Assembly (NCBI GenBank): GCA_963764715.1
Contig: CAVXTP010000021.1
Location: forward strand, 288,001-352,000
Reading direction: 5' to 3'
DNA length: 64,000 bases
Source: an uncultured Acidobacteriota bacterium
GTDB lineage: Bacteria; Acidobacteriota; Thermoanaerobaculia; UBA5066; Gp7-AA6
In this document: one piece after another, positions 10,071-18,980 of the stretch
Layout: the number at the start of each line of letters is the position of its first letter
How positions within the stretch are numbered: the first letter of the stretch is position 1
Notes under the pieces: generated by a model
Told to the model about the DNA's origin: nothing
Databases searched by the model: none
What the model saw: the letters and a program-made list of their open reading frames with translations, nothing else
Program-made: the position numbers and the translations under genes

Positions 10071-10073
10071 CTT
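10045..10073 (+). promoter_or_regulatory. Sigma70-type promoter embedded in the bamD 3' end
   Basis: TTGACA-17 nt-TAACTT upstream of the AAGGAG RBS and ATG at 10118. Confidence 0.6.
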
Positions 10074-10117
10074 TTAGGCCATAAACCGCAGGTAGCCATA
10101 TTTTTTAAGGAGTCGCC

Positions 10118-11035
10118 ATGCGCCTCCCCGTTCGATTTGCCGGTCCCCTGGCATTTGGCATTCTGATCGTCAGCGTCGGGGTCGGGCAGGCGCAGCAGCC
10201 CGAGCTCCAGGGCGGCGGACTCCAGCAGGCACCTCCCCAGATCACCCGGGTCGAGGCCGCCACGGCGCCCCAGACGACCGAGGCGGCGCCGCAGCCCTTC
10301 GGCTTCGAGAGCGAAGTCTCCTGCTTCGGCTACATCGGGCCGGACAACGAGCATTTCATCGCCCAGATCGTCGGGGGCGAGAACAGCGCCGAGCAGACCG
10401 ACTTCACCGAGCACAACCTCCTCTACCTGGACGCGGGGTACGACCGGGGGTTGAAGGTCGGCGACGAGTTCTGGATCGTCACGCCGGGCGACGAGGTCCT
10501 GCACCCGATGACAGGCAAGAGCATGGGCCGCTTCAACCAGTACCGCGGAAGGGCCGTTCTCACCTGTCTCGAGGGGAGAACCGCCGTCGTCGAGGTCACG
10601 CTCGCGTGCACGGACATCCCGGACGGCTCCTTCCTCAAGCCGTATGAGCCCGTCCCGATCCCCCTCGGCCGCCGCCAGCCCACGTGCAAGATGTGCGATC
10701 CGTCCACCGGAAAGGCGACGGGCCGCATCGTGTATGCGCGCGACGGCGTCGTCGCGCTCGGCGGCGACAGCAACGTCTTCATCGACCTGGGGATCGCCGA
10801 CGGCATCCAGCCGGGCGACCAGTTCTCGATCTACCGCTATGCGACCGGGACCGACTACGGCATCCGGCCGCAGGGCTCCTACTGGGTTTATGCGCCGCCT
10901 CCCCCGGGGGTCGAGATCCCGCGCACGTACCTCGGCGACCTGGCCGTCCTTTACGTCGGCGACCGCTGGGCGATGGCCCGGATCATCGATGCGCGCCGTT
11001 TGATCGAGGTCGGGGACCAGGTCGAGCTGAAGTAG
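10118..11035 (+). CDS. Exported hypothetical protein resembling the C-terminal beta domains of LysM-associated/FlgT-like proteins, without a LysM domain
   Basis: Signal peptide; two repeats of [YF][LI]D.G...G...GD.F.I; good RBS. Confidence 0.6.
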   Translation: MRLPVRFAGPLAFGILIVSVGVGQAQQPELQGGGLQQAPPQITRVEAATAPQTTEAAPQPFGFESEVSCFGYIGPDNEHFIAQIVGGENSAEQTDFTEHNLLYLDAGYDRGLKVGDEFWIVTPGDEVLHPMTGKSMGRFNQYRGRAVLTCLEGRTAVVEVTLACTDIPDGSFLKPYEPVPIPLGRRQPTCKMCDPSTGKATGRIVYARDGVVALGGDSNVFIDLGIADGIQPGDQFSIYRYATGTDYGIRPQGSYWVYAPPPPGVEIPRTYLGDLAVLYVGDRWAMARIIDARRLIEVGDQVELK

Positions 11036-11059
11036 ACCCGAAACCTCCGGAACGAATTC

Positions 11060-11090
11060 AGAAGAGGCGCCCGGCGCCTCTTCTTTTTTT
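11060..11090 (+). terminator. Rho-independent terminator
   Basis: AGAAGAGGCGC-ccg-GCGCCTCTTCT followed by a T run. Confidence 0.85.
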
Positions 11091-11227
11091 AGGTTCGCGG
11101 AGCCCCCGACCGAATGCGCGAGGGGCTCGAAGACGACAAAATGTGGCTGGCACAGAAACGCTTCGACCTCGCGAGGCGCGACGGCCCCGCGACGCGGACC
11201 CGCGCACTACCCCTTCGGATTTTCCTT

Positions 11228-11236
11228 TGCTAAGAT
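11228..11236 (+). promoter_or_regulatory. Extended -10 promoter element
   Basis: TGcTAAGAT about 50 nt upstream of the Fis-like gene. Confidence 0.4.
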
Positions 11237-11284
11237 GCGCCCCTCTTCAATGTTTCGCAGTTGAATTCGTCGGGGAGGGGCAGC

Positions 11285-11539
11285 GTGAATCTGGACGGGC
11301 AGCTCCAGGAAATCATCGATGAGCTTCTGACCCACGGCATTTCCCTCGAGCTCGCCAAGAAGGAGTTCGAGAAGAAATACATCGTGGGCGCCGTGAAGCG
11401 GAACTCCGGAAATCTGGGGCGTGCGGCGAGCTCCCTCGGCATTCATCGCAACACGCTGCGCAACAAAGTGGGCATTCTGAACATCCGCCTGCCGCGCGAG
11501 AAGTTCCGCGTGGCTCCCGAGATCACCAAGAAGAAGTGA
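11285..11539 (+). CDS. Fis-family HTH DNA-binding protein
   Basis: EFEKKYI..A...SGN..RAA..LGIHRNTLRNK. GGGGAGG RBS before GTG. Confidence 0.85.
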   Translation: MNLDGQLQEIIDELLTHGISLELAKKEFEKKYIVGAVKRNSGNLGRAASSLGIHRNTLRNKVGILNIRLPREKFRVAPEITKKK

Positions 11540-13319
11540 CGCGCGCTCCGCGCGTCGACGGCGCCGGCGTGGGCGTCGGCGCGGCGGACGGGGTCCCGAT
11601 CGGCGTGGTCGCGACCGTCTCCGGCGGGGCCGCCGCGGCGTCCGGGCCCGAAAGCTGGAGCACGACGAACCCGTTCTTGTAAATGTTGGGGCTCGTGGCG
11701 CTCGGCCGGGAGTACGGCATCTCGGGATAGCTGTTGGGCGCCCCTCCCGTGACGTGCCCGACCGAATCGGCCCGCGGATTCGCCGCCTGCGACATCGGGA
11801 AGGCGACGGTCGGCGACGCCGCGTCGTACGTTCCGGTCGCCACGGGCGGTCCCAGGTAGTTGTAGATCGACCGGATCTCGTACTTCGCGCCCGGGGCGAT
11901 CCCGCAGGCCGCGATGTTGACGTTCACGGAAGCGGCATCGAGGAAATTGGCGACGTAAACGTTGCAGCGGCCCGGGCGAACGGGCGAGGGGAGCACGGAC
12001 GAGTAGTTCTGTTTCGGCGTCGAGTCGTTGGGAAGGTACGTGAAGCCGGGGAACCATCTGGACTTGAAGCCGTTCCCGTTGTCCGCGTCCTTGCCGCCGT
12101 CCTCGACGAGGTCCGGGTTGCCCCAGTAGACGTTTCCTCCGCCATCCCGGATGCCGGCGCGGCACGGGTTGACGTGAGTGTTTCGTTTCTGCCCGACGTA
12201 CAGCGCCTGCCGGTTCGCGTAGTAGCGATCGCCCTCCGAGTACATCGACCGGAACATGAAGTTCCCGGTCAGCGTGACGTCGTCGCATCCGGCCGCGAAG
12301 TAACCGGGAACGTAACTCGACCACCAGTTGTTGACGAGCGTCTGATTGCGTGTGCCCTGCGTGAAGTCGTTGGTTCTCGAACACCCGCCGGAGACCGTCG
12401 ACCCCAGGAACAGGTTCCCCTCGAAACGCTCGTTGCGGTGCATGACGTCGCAGTCGCAGCTGCCGTAGTCCTGGTAGGCCATCGACGCGTTCGACTCGCC
12501 GGGCACGACGATCGTGGTGCCGATGATGTTGTTGATCATCGAGAAGAGGCCGGGATTCTCGTCCGGGTCGGGACAGGCCTTCGTCGCGCCGTTGCGAAGG
12601 TAGTAGGCGTGCCCGCCCATCCGGTGGATCGCCGGAGGACCCGTCACGTTGTATCGCATGTTCCAGTTGTAATGGATCATGTCGATCGCGGCGAGAGGGT
12701 TCGCCTTCGAATGTTTGAAGAAGTTGTCCGCGGTGTCGTGGATGACCCAGCCGATCATTCGATTTCCCTGGCCGTACGACTTGCCCTTGCCCGCGTTGAC
12801 GCGCACGCCCGTCCCGAATCCCTGCGAGTCCCACTGCGACGCGACGGCGTCGCGGTTGACGTCGCCGAAGTACGCGAGCTCGATGTCCCAGTAGTCGACG
12901 TAGTTGCTGTTGACGGAGAAGCAGTCGACGGGCGGGTTCTGGACTCCCTGATCGCAGGCGATCCGGATCAGGCTCGTCGGCGTGGTCTGGTCGGGCGGAT
13001 ACGGACGGATCGTGATCGGCGCGGACGCCGTGCCCATGAGGGTCGACTTCAGCGAGACGTACTTTCCGTTGTCGATCGGAAGCGTGTAGTTCGTCCCGAG
13101 CCGCAGGTAGATCGTGTCGCCCGGTTTCACCTGGGTGCCGCCGGACCCGCCGTCCAGCAGGAAGTCGAGCGAGCACGGAGCCGCCAGCGTGCACTTCCGG
13201 CCCGAGCCCGTCGCGGAGCCGTACCAGGTCGCGGCCGACAGCCGGGCGCCGAGGCCGAAGAAAACTACCGCGGCGGCGATCCGGAGGGTGTGTCTCACGG
13301 CATCGAGGGGAAGGCTCAC
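11523..13319 (-). CDS. Secreted pectin-lyase-like (right-handed beta-helix) hypothetical protein
   Basis: Signal peptide; WY.S.TGSG..CT.AAPC, PGDTIYL.LG and G TA.APITI motifs; Asn-rich core; Pro/Thr/Ala-rich tail. Confidence 0.6.
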   Translation of the reverse strand: MSLPLDAVRHTLRIAAAVVFFGLGARLSAATWYGSATGSGRKCTLAAPCSLDFLLDGGSGGTQVKPGDTIYLRLGTNYTLPIDNGKYVSLKSTLMGTASAPITIRPYPPDQTTPTSLIRIACDQGVQNPPVDCFSVNSNYVDYWDIELAYFGDVNRDAVASQWDSQGFGTGVRVNAGKGKSYGQGNRMIGWVIHDTADNFFKHSKANPLAAIDMIHYNWNMRYNVTGPPAIHRMGGHAYYLRNGATKACPDPDENPGLFSMINNIIGTTIVVPGESNASMAYQDYGSCDCDVMHRNERFEGNLFLGSTVSGGCSRTNDFTQGTRNQTLVNNWWSSYVPGYFAAGCDDVTLTGNFMFRSMYSEGDRYYANRQALYVGQKRNTHVNPCRAGIRDGGGNVYWGNPDLVEDGGKDADNGNGFKSRWFPGFTYLPNDSTPKQNYSSVLPSPVRPGRCNVYVANFLDAASVNVNIAACGIAPGAKYEIRSIYNYLGPPVATGTYDAASPTVAFPMSQAANPRADSVGHVTGGAPNSYPEMPYSRPSATSPNIYKNGFVVLQLSGPDAAAAPPETVATTPIGTPSAAPTPTPAPSTRGARVTSSW

Positions 13320-13359
13320 GGCCGGGCGGTCGAGGGACAGGATCGGCCGGTCCGGCGAT

Positions 13360-13533
13360 CTAGGCCTTCGGCTTCTTGTCCGCCGGGGAATCCGGGTTCT
13401 TGACCGAGTCCTTGAAGTTGCGGATGCCTTCGCCGAGGCCCTTGCCGAGCTGGGGAAGCTTCGAAGCCCCGAAGATGACGATGACGATGAGCAGGATGAT
13501 CAGCAGCTCCGGGACTCCGAGGGATCCGAACAT
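13360..13533 (-). CDS. tatA: Twin-arginine translocase TatA
   Basis: Translates MFGSLGVPELLIILLIVIVIFGASKLPQLGKGLGEGIRNFKDS...; AAGGAG RBS. Absent from the ORF track. Confidence 0.95.
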   Translation of the reverse strand: MFGSLGVPELLIILLIVIVIFGASKLPQLGKGLGEGIRNFKDSVKNPDSPADKKPKA

Positions 13534-13581
13534 CGTGTTCTCCTTCGAGCGCCGCGCCGGGACCGGGGGCTCTCGAACAGC

Positions 13582-14550
13582 TTAACAGACCGCGCCGCAG
13601 CGGTCTTCCAGCACCCGGCGGAAACGGCGGTCGGCCTCGGAGCCCGAGAGCAGCCGCCGGACGAGCTCAAGCTCCCGGGGAAGGTACGGCCGGTAGAGCT
13701 CGGCCCCGCGCTCCGCGATGGCTCGCGCGAAGGTGCCGCAGACCTTCCAGGCCCGCTGGAGCAGGACGCGGTCGAGGCGCGCGGCGAAGGGGGACGGGTC
13801 GAGGCCCCGCCGCTCGGTGAAGCGGCCGATCGCCGGCGCGGCCGCGGTGTCCGACATCCAGGACAGGGTGGTCCGCTCCCAGAGGAGGGAGGCGAGATCG
13901 TACGAGTCGGGGCCCCGTCGCAGGTCCTGGAAGTCGATGACCGCGACCTCGCCCCCGGCGGGGAAGAGGTTGTTGGCGTGGAAGTCCCGGTGGCAGAGGG
14001 CGAAGGGGTGCTCGAGGATCTCGTCGACGAGCGCCGCGGCCCAGGCGTCGTGCGCGGCGCGGTCGTCCGCGGAGAGCGGTTCGCGCAGATAGAGCTCGAA
14101 GACGGCCTGCCGGGCGAGGTCGAGCTCGCGGCGGAAGAGGACGGCGTCGAAGGGCGGATTGAGGCCGGGATCCTGGAGCGCCGCGATCGACGCCGCGGTC
14201 TCGGCCGCGCGCACGAGCCAGGCCTCGCGCGATTCGGGCGACGCGGCGAAACGCTCGGCGAGGTCCTCCGTGCCGAAATCCTCGACGAGCTGATGGCCCT
14301 GGCCGTCGTCGGCGAGCAGCGCCGGCACGCGGACCGCGCCCTCGAGGTGCCGGCGCGCCGCGACCCAGCGTCGTCGGGAGTCTTCCTCCTCCCGCGGGTA
14401 GAGGACGCCGACGACGGAGCGGCCGCCGGGCGTGCGGATGCGGAAGTAACGCCGCCTCCCGACGTCGCCGACGAGCGGCTCGACTTCGAACGGCGCCGGA
14501 AGCGTCCGGCGCGCGAGCGTCTCGAGTCCGGCGGCGTCGGGAGGAAACAG
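13582..14550 (-). CDS. APH-family phosphotransferase, AmgK-like (MurNAc/GlcNAc anomeric kinase)
   Basis: LVGDVGRRRYFR (compare GDAS.RRYFR), VEDFG, CHRDFHANN, IDFQD...GP..YDLASLL. The frame is open upstream of the ORF-track start (14328); the true start is uncertain (CTG at 14550 assumed). Confidence 0.75.
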   Translation of the reverse strand: MFPPDAAGLETLARRTLPAPFEVEPLVGDVGRRRYFRIRTPGGRSVVGVLYPREEEDSRRRWVAARRHLEGAVRVPALLADDGQGHQLVEDFGTEDLAERFAASPESREAWLVRAAETAASIAALQDPGLNPPFDAVLFRRELDLARQAVFELYLREPLSADDRAAHDAWAAALVDEILEHPFALCHRDFHANNLFPAGGEVAVIDFQDLRRGPDSYDLASLLWERTTLSWMSDTAAAPAIGRFTERRGLDPSPFAARLDRVLLQRAWKVCGTFARAIAERGAELYRPYLPRELELVRRLLSGSEADRRFRRVLEDRCGAVC

Positions 14551-14555
14551 AGAAG

Positions 14556-15161
14556 CTAGCTCGAGCTCTTCGCCTGCGAGAGCAGCACCTTCTTGATGTG
14601 GATCGGCTGGTTGGGCCGGTCGTTGGCTCCGCGCGGGGCCGCCGCGATCTTGTCGGCCGTCTCCATGCCCGAGATCACCTCGCCGAAGGCCGAGTACTGC
14701 CCGTCGAGGAAGGTCGAATCCTTGACGACGATGAAGAACTGGGAGGAGGCCGAGTTGGGGTCCGAGGACCGGGCCATCGACACGATGCCGCGCTTGTGCG
14801 AAGTGTCGTTGAACTCCGCCTTGACGCGGTTATTTCCGTTGCCGCCCGTGCCCCACGGGTGGGCGGGGTCCTCGGCCTTCTTCGTGTTCGGGTCGCCGCC
14901 CTGGATCATGAATCCGGGGATGACGCGGTGAAAGAGGGTCCCGTCGTAGAACCCCGACGCGGCCAGGTCGACGAAGTTCTCGACGTGCTTGGGGGCCTTG
15001 TCGTAGAAGAACTTGATCTGGATGTCCCCCATGTCCGTCTGCAGCGTGGCGATCGTGTTGGCGTAGTCGCGGGCCACTTTCTTCCCCTTTCCCTTCGCCT
15101 GGGCGGCCGCCAGAGGAAGGGCGCAGGCGAGCAACAGAGCGATGGCGGTGCGTGTTTTCAC
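14556..15161 (-). CDS. Exported cyclophilin-type peptidyl-prolyl isomerase
   Basis: FYDGTLFHRVIPGFMIQGGDP, SMAR and SQFFI motifs; signal peptide; AAAGGAG RBS before GTG. Confidence 0.95.
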   Translation of the reverse strand: MKTRTAIALLLACALPLAAAQAKGKGKKVARDYANTIATLQTDMGDIQIKFFYDKAPKHVENFVDLAASGFYDGTLFHRVIPGFMIQGGDPNTKKAEDPAHPWGTGGNGNNRVKAEFNDTSHKRGIVSMARSSDPNSASSQFFIVVKDSTFLDGQYSAFGEVISGMETADKIAAAPRGANDRPNQPIHIKKVLLSQAKSSS

Positions 15162-15270
15162 TTCGACTCCTTTCCGAACCGGCGAAACATAGCAGAACCG
15201 GACGGCAGACGGCAGGAGGCAGGAGGAGGGGGCAGGCGGCGTCAGGGGTGAAAGCGGTAGGATCCTACGC

Positions 15271-15801
15271 ATGTACGCGGCCCTCGCGCGCGCGGTGCTC
15301 GACGAGGCCGGCGCCCGGCGCGCGGCCTCCGAAGTCGAGCGCCTCCGCACCCGCCATCCGCGGGCCTCGAAGGACGAGCTGGCCGAGCGGTTGATCCGCC
15401 GGGCCGCCCTCCAGTGCGCCGCCGCCGGGGCGTTGCTGACGGGGCCGGCGGCGTTCTTCGGGTCGATGCCGTTCGGCGCCGACCTGGCCTGGCAGGTGGT
15501 GGCGCTCAACCGGCTCGTGCTGGGATTGTCCGCCGTCTACGGCCGGACGCCCTCCGCTTCGGACCGGGCCGCCGGCGTGGCGGCGGCGGCGGGGGCCGGG
15601 CTCGGGTCCGAGCTGTTGCGCCAGGGGCTGGTGCGCGTCCTGCGCCGGGCGGCGCCGCGGCGTTCGGCGGCGCGGACGGGGCTCGGCGCCCTCGCCGGGG
15701 GCGTCCTCGGCTACGGCGCGGCCTTCGCGATCGGGCGCTATGCGAAGCAGGCCCTCCGAAGCGGCCGTCTCCTGGCGCCCGTCCGCCGGGCCCTCCGATG
15801 A
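15271..15801 (+). CDS. EcsC-like hypothetical protein
   Basis: Ala/Gly-rich helices with an AVYG motif; ATGA overlap with thiO. Confidence 0.5.
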   Translation: MYAALARAVLDEAGARRAASEVERLRTRHPRASKDELAERLIRRAALQCAAAGALLTGPAAFFGSMPFGADLAWQVVALNRLVLGLSAVYGRTPSASDRAAGVAAAAGAGLGSELLRQGLVRVLRRAAPRRSAARTGLGALAGGVLGYGAAFAIGRYAKQALRSGRLLAPVRRALR

Positions 15802-16928
15802 ACCGGGGCGCCGACGCCCTGGTCGTCGGCGGCGGAGTGATCGGTTGCGCCGTCGCGGCGGAGCTCGCCGCGAGAGGCTTCGAGGTCGTCGTCGTCGAGC
15901 GCGGCGAGCCGGGGTGCGAAGCGTCGGGCGCGGCGGCCGGCATGCTCACGCCCCAGGCCGACGCGCTCGAGCCGTCGCCGTTCTTCGATCTCGCGCTCGA
16001 AGGACGCGAGCTCTATCCCGAGTGGTCGCGGGTGCTTCGCGAAGAGACCGGAATCGACGTCGGCTATCGGCGGACCGGCTACCTGCGATGTCGAACCAAC
16101 GGCGAGCCGGCCGGCCCGGAGGCCTCCGCCGCGGCGGCCTGGCAGCGGGCGAGGGGCCTGCGCGTCGAGCCGGCGGTGGGCGCGGCTCTCCCCGGCGCCG
16201 TCGCCGACCGACTCGCTCCCGGCATCTCGCCGGCGCTCTTCTTCCCGGACGAGGCCGTCGTCGACCCCCGGAAGCTGACCCGCGCCGCGTGGCTCTCCGC
16301 CGAGCGCCGGGGCGTGCGCGTGCTGTGCGGCGTCGAGGTACGGCGTCTTCGGCTCGAGCGCGGCGCTTGCCGGGGAGTCGAGACGGACGCGGGCCCGGTG
16401 GAAGCGCGAAGGGTCGTCGTCGCGGCGGGCGCCTGGTCGGGGGCGCTCGGCGAGGGCCTTCCGGTGCCGGTCCCCGTCGAGCCGGTGCGCGGCCAGATCG
16501 TCGAGGTCCGGATGGCGGGCCGGCCGCTCGAGACCGTCGTGTCATCCGAGGAGGTCTATCTGGTGCCCCGGCCGGACGGAAACGTACTGCTCGGCTCGAC
16601 GATGGAGCGCGTCGGCTTTCACAAGGAAGTCACGGCCGGCGCGGTGGCGCGTCTCCTCGAGGGGGCAGAGCGTCTCCTTCCCGAGATCGGCTCAGCCCGG
16701 TTCGTGAACGCCTGGGCAGGGCTGCGTCCCGGGACGCCGGACGGGTCTCCGCTCCTGGGGAGCTCTTCGATCGAAGGGCTCGTCTTCGCCACCGGTCACT
16801 ACCGCAACGGGATCCTGCTCGCGCCGTCGACCGCCCGGCGCATCGCCGACCTCCTGACGGGCGGCTCCCCGGAGCCGCTGTCCCCGTTTTCCATCGAGCG
16901 TTTCGCGGGTCTTCCGTCCCGGGCATGA
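15798..16928 (+). CDS. thiO: Glycine oxidase ThiO
   Basis: GGGVIG, ASGAAAGML, AAGAWS, PVRGQ, WAGLRP and TGHYRNGILLAP motifs. Confidence 0.88.
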   Translation: MNRGADALVVGGGVIGCAVAAELAARGFEVVVVERGEPGCEASGAAAGMLTPQADALEPSPFFDLALEGRELYPEWSRVLREETGIDVGYRRTGYLRCRTNGEPAGPEASAAAAWQRARGLRVEPAVGAALPGAVADRLAPGISPALFFPDEAVVDPRKLTRAAWLSAERRGVRVLCGVEVRRLRLERGACRGVETDAGPVEARRVVVAAGAWSGALGEGLPVPVPVEPVRGQIVEVRMAGRPLETVVSSEEVYLVPRPDGNVLLGSTMERVGFHKEVTAGAVARLLEGAERLLPEIGSARFVNAWAGLRPGTPDGSPLLGSSSIEGLVFATGHYRNGILLAPSTARRIADLLTGGSPEPLSPFSIERFAGLPSRA

Positions 16929-17026
16929 CGTTTGCGGGAGGCCCGACATCCGGCGGAGGCGGCCGGGTTTTCGGCTAGAATCACTCCACAGACGCTCGCG
17001 GGAAATCGGAAGGACACCTTAAAACA

Positions 17027-18901
17027 ATGAGAAGAGCGGTTTACTCTGGAATCCAGAAGACGGCGGACGTGCTGTGGGGCCTGGCCCGCGCGGTCGACCG
17101 GCGCTTTCCGGAACGCTCCTTCAAGCCGAAGTGGGCGCCGGCGCCGCTCCTGAAGCAACGCGAGAAAACTTTCCCGCCGCTCGGGTTTCCGCGGCAGACC
17201 GATTCGCTCTGCCCCCGGTGCGTCACGGAGGTCCGCAGCCAGATCCTGTCGGGCGACGTGGACTGGAAGGTCCTGATCGAGGGCAACCCGGGCGAGATCA
17301 AGGCCTCGATCGTCGAAGAAGACGGCCGGATCCTGATGCGCAAGGACTGCCCGAAGCACGGCCGCTTCGAGGACGTGATGTCGACGGACCCCGCGTTCTT
17401 CAAACGCCTCGAGTCCCTCTATCCCGGCCGGGACTTCGTCATCCCCAAGGACGGCCTCCACGAGCACGGCACCTCCTCGATCAAGTACGGCCGCGGCGCC
17501 GTCCTCACGATCGACCTGACGAACCGCTGCAACATGATGTGCAACCCGTGCTTCATGGACGCCAACCAGGTCGGGTACGTTCACGAGCTCGAGTGGGAGG
17601 AGATCCAGAAGCTCCTCGACGACGCGGCCTCGATCAAGCCGCGCCGCCAGCTCTCCGTCCAGTTCTCCGGAGGCGAGCCCACGCTCTCGCCGCACTTCCT
17701 GGAGGCCGTCCGGTACGCGCGCAAGATCGGCTACTTCTCGGTCCAGTGCGCCACCAACGGCATCCGCTTCGCGCAGGACGAGAGCTTCGCGAAGCAGGCG
17801 GCCGAGGCCGGGCTGCGCTTCGCGTACCTCCAGTTCGACGGCGTCGGCAACGACCACAACCAGCACCGCAAGGTCGGCAACCTCTACGACGTGAAGCTGC
17901 GCGCGATCGAGAACCTCCACAAGCACGGCGTGGACGTGACCCTCGTCGTGACGATCGTCAACGGGATCAACAACGACCAGGTCGGCGACATCGTCCGATT
18001 CGGCCTCGAGAACATCGACAAGGTCACGTGCGTGGCGTTCCAGCCGGTGTCGTTCACCGGCCGCGACGAGGACATCGACGACGAGACGCGGAAGAAGCAG
18101 CGCTACACGCTTTCCCACCTTGCCCACGACGTGAAGGCGCAGGCCGGCATCGGCGAGCCGATGCGCGACTGGTACCCGCTGTCGGCCGCGGGACCGTTCT
18201 CGGACCTGAAGGACCTCCTCGGTGGCCTCGAGTCCGAGTGGGGCTCGTTCAAGTGCGGGTGCCACCCCAACTGCGGCATCGGAACGCTCATGCTCGTCGA
18301 GGAGAAGACGAAGAAGGCCGTGACCGTTCCGTCCGTCCTCGACGTCGACCGTCTGCTTTCGGACATCAAGGTCGTGACCGACTCGGGACGCAGGAAGATC
18401 TGGACCGCCCTGCAGATGGGATTGTCCGTTCTGCGCAACCTGCGCCCCGAGGGCGTGCCCGCGGGCCTGACGCCCTGGAAGGTCGCCCAGGTCATGGACG
18501 GCCACACCGGCGGCAAGCTCGGCTTCTCCGAGAAGAAGCGCGACTCCTGGCGCGTCTTCTTCATCGGGGGCATGTGGTTCCAGGACCTCTTCAACTACGA
18601 CTTCCGCCGCACCGAGATGTGCATCATCCCGTACGCCACGCAGATGGGCGAGATCTCGTTCTGCGCGTACAACACGGGCGTGGGCTGGCGCAACATCATC
18701 GAGGAGATGTTCCAGACGGCCTCGCTCGCCGAGTGGTACAAGACCAACGGCCGCCACGAGATCTACGCGCGCGGCCGCAACGTCCCGCTGCCGGTCCTCC
18801 CGGGCCAGAAGGTGCCGATGCCGATGCCGGGCGCGCCGCCCGTGCCGGAGGCGGTGCCGGCGGCGGCCCGCAGCACGCTTCCGGTCTACGCCGCCAAGTA
18901 G
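17027..18901 (+). CDS. Radical SAM enzyme, Tes/MJ0619 (tetraether lipid synthase-like) family
   Basis: N-terminal CPRC...CPKHG metal site; CNMMCNPC radical SAM motif; QFSGGEPT; YLQFDG; C-terminal CGCHPNCG, MCIIPY and SFCAYN. Confidence 0.8.
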   Translation: MRRAVYSGIQKTADVLWGLARAVDRRFPERSFKPKWAPAPLLKQREKTFPPLGFPRQTDSLCPRCVTEVRSQILSGDVDWKVLIEGNPGEIKASIVEEDGRILMRKDCPKHGRFEDVMSTDPAFFKRLESLYPGRDFVIPKDGLHEHGTSSIKYGRGAVLTIDLTNRCNMMCNPCFMDANQVGYVHELEWEEIQKLLDDAASIKPRRQLSVQFSGGEPTLSPHFLEAVRYARKIGYFSVQCATNGIRFAQDESFAKQAAEAGLRFAYLQFDGVGNDHNQHRKVGNLYDVKLRAIENLHKHGVDVTLVVTIVNGINNDQVGDIVRFGLENIDKVTCVAFQPVSFTGRDEDIDDETRKKQRYTLSHLAHDVKAQAGIGEPMRDWYPLSAAGPFSDLKDLLGGLESEWGSFKCGCHPNCGIGTLMLVEEKTKKAVTVPSVLDVDRLLSDIKVVTDSGRRKIWTALQMGLSVLRNLRPEGVPAGLTPWKVAQVMDGHTGGKLGFSEKKRDSWRVFFIGGMWFQDLFNYDFRRTEMCIIPYATQMGEISFCAYNTGVGWRNIIEEMFQTASLAEWYKTNGRHEIYARGRNVPLPVLPGQKVPMPMPGAPPVPEAVPAAARSTLPVYAAK

Positions 18902-18905
18902 AAGC

Positions 18906-18974
18906 GGGGTCAGGTCTTCATTTTTCGGCTCTCTCTTGCAGTTTGCGACAGCAGAAAAATGAAGACCTGACCCC
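18906..18974. repeat. Perfect 21-bp inverted repeat (REP-like element or bidirectional terminator)
   Basis: GGGGTCAGGTCTTCATTTTTC-27 nt-GAAAAATGAAGACCTGACCCC between convergent genes. Confidence 0.8.
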
Positions 18975-18980
18975 GACGCC

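Noticed and set aside
11147-11163. Sigma54 promoter CTGGCACAGAAACGCTT
   Set aside because: The GG-to-GC spacing is 9 nt rather than the required 10.
15201-15236. Short heptamer-like repeats (GACGGCA/GGAGGCA) in the cyclophilin-EcsC divergent spacer
   Set aside because: Only 3-4 degenerate units, too weak to assign a function.
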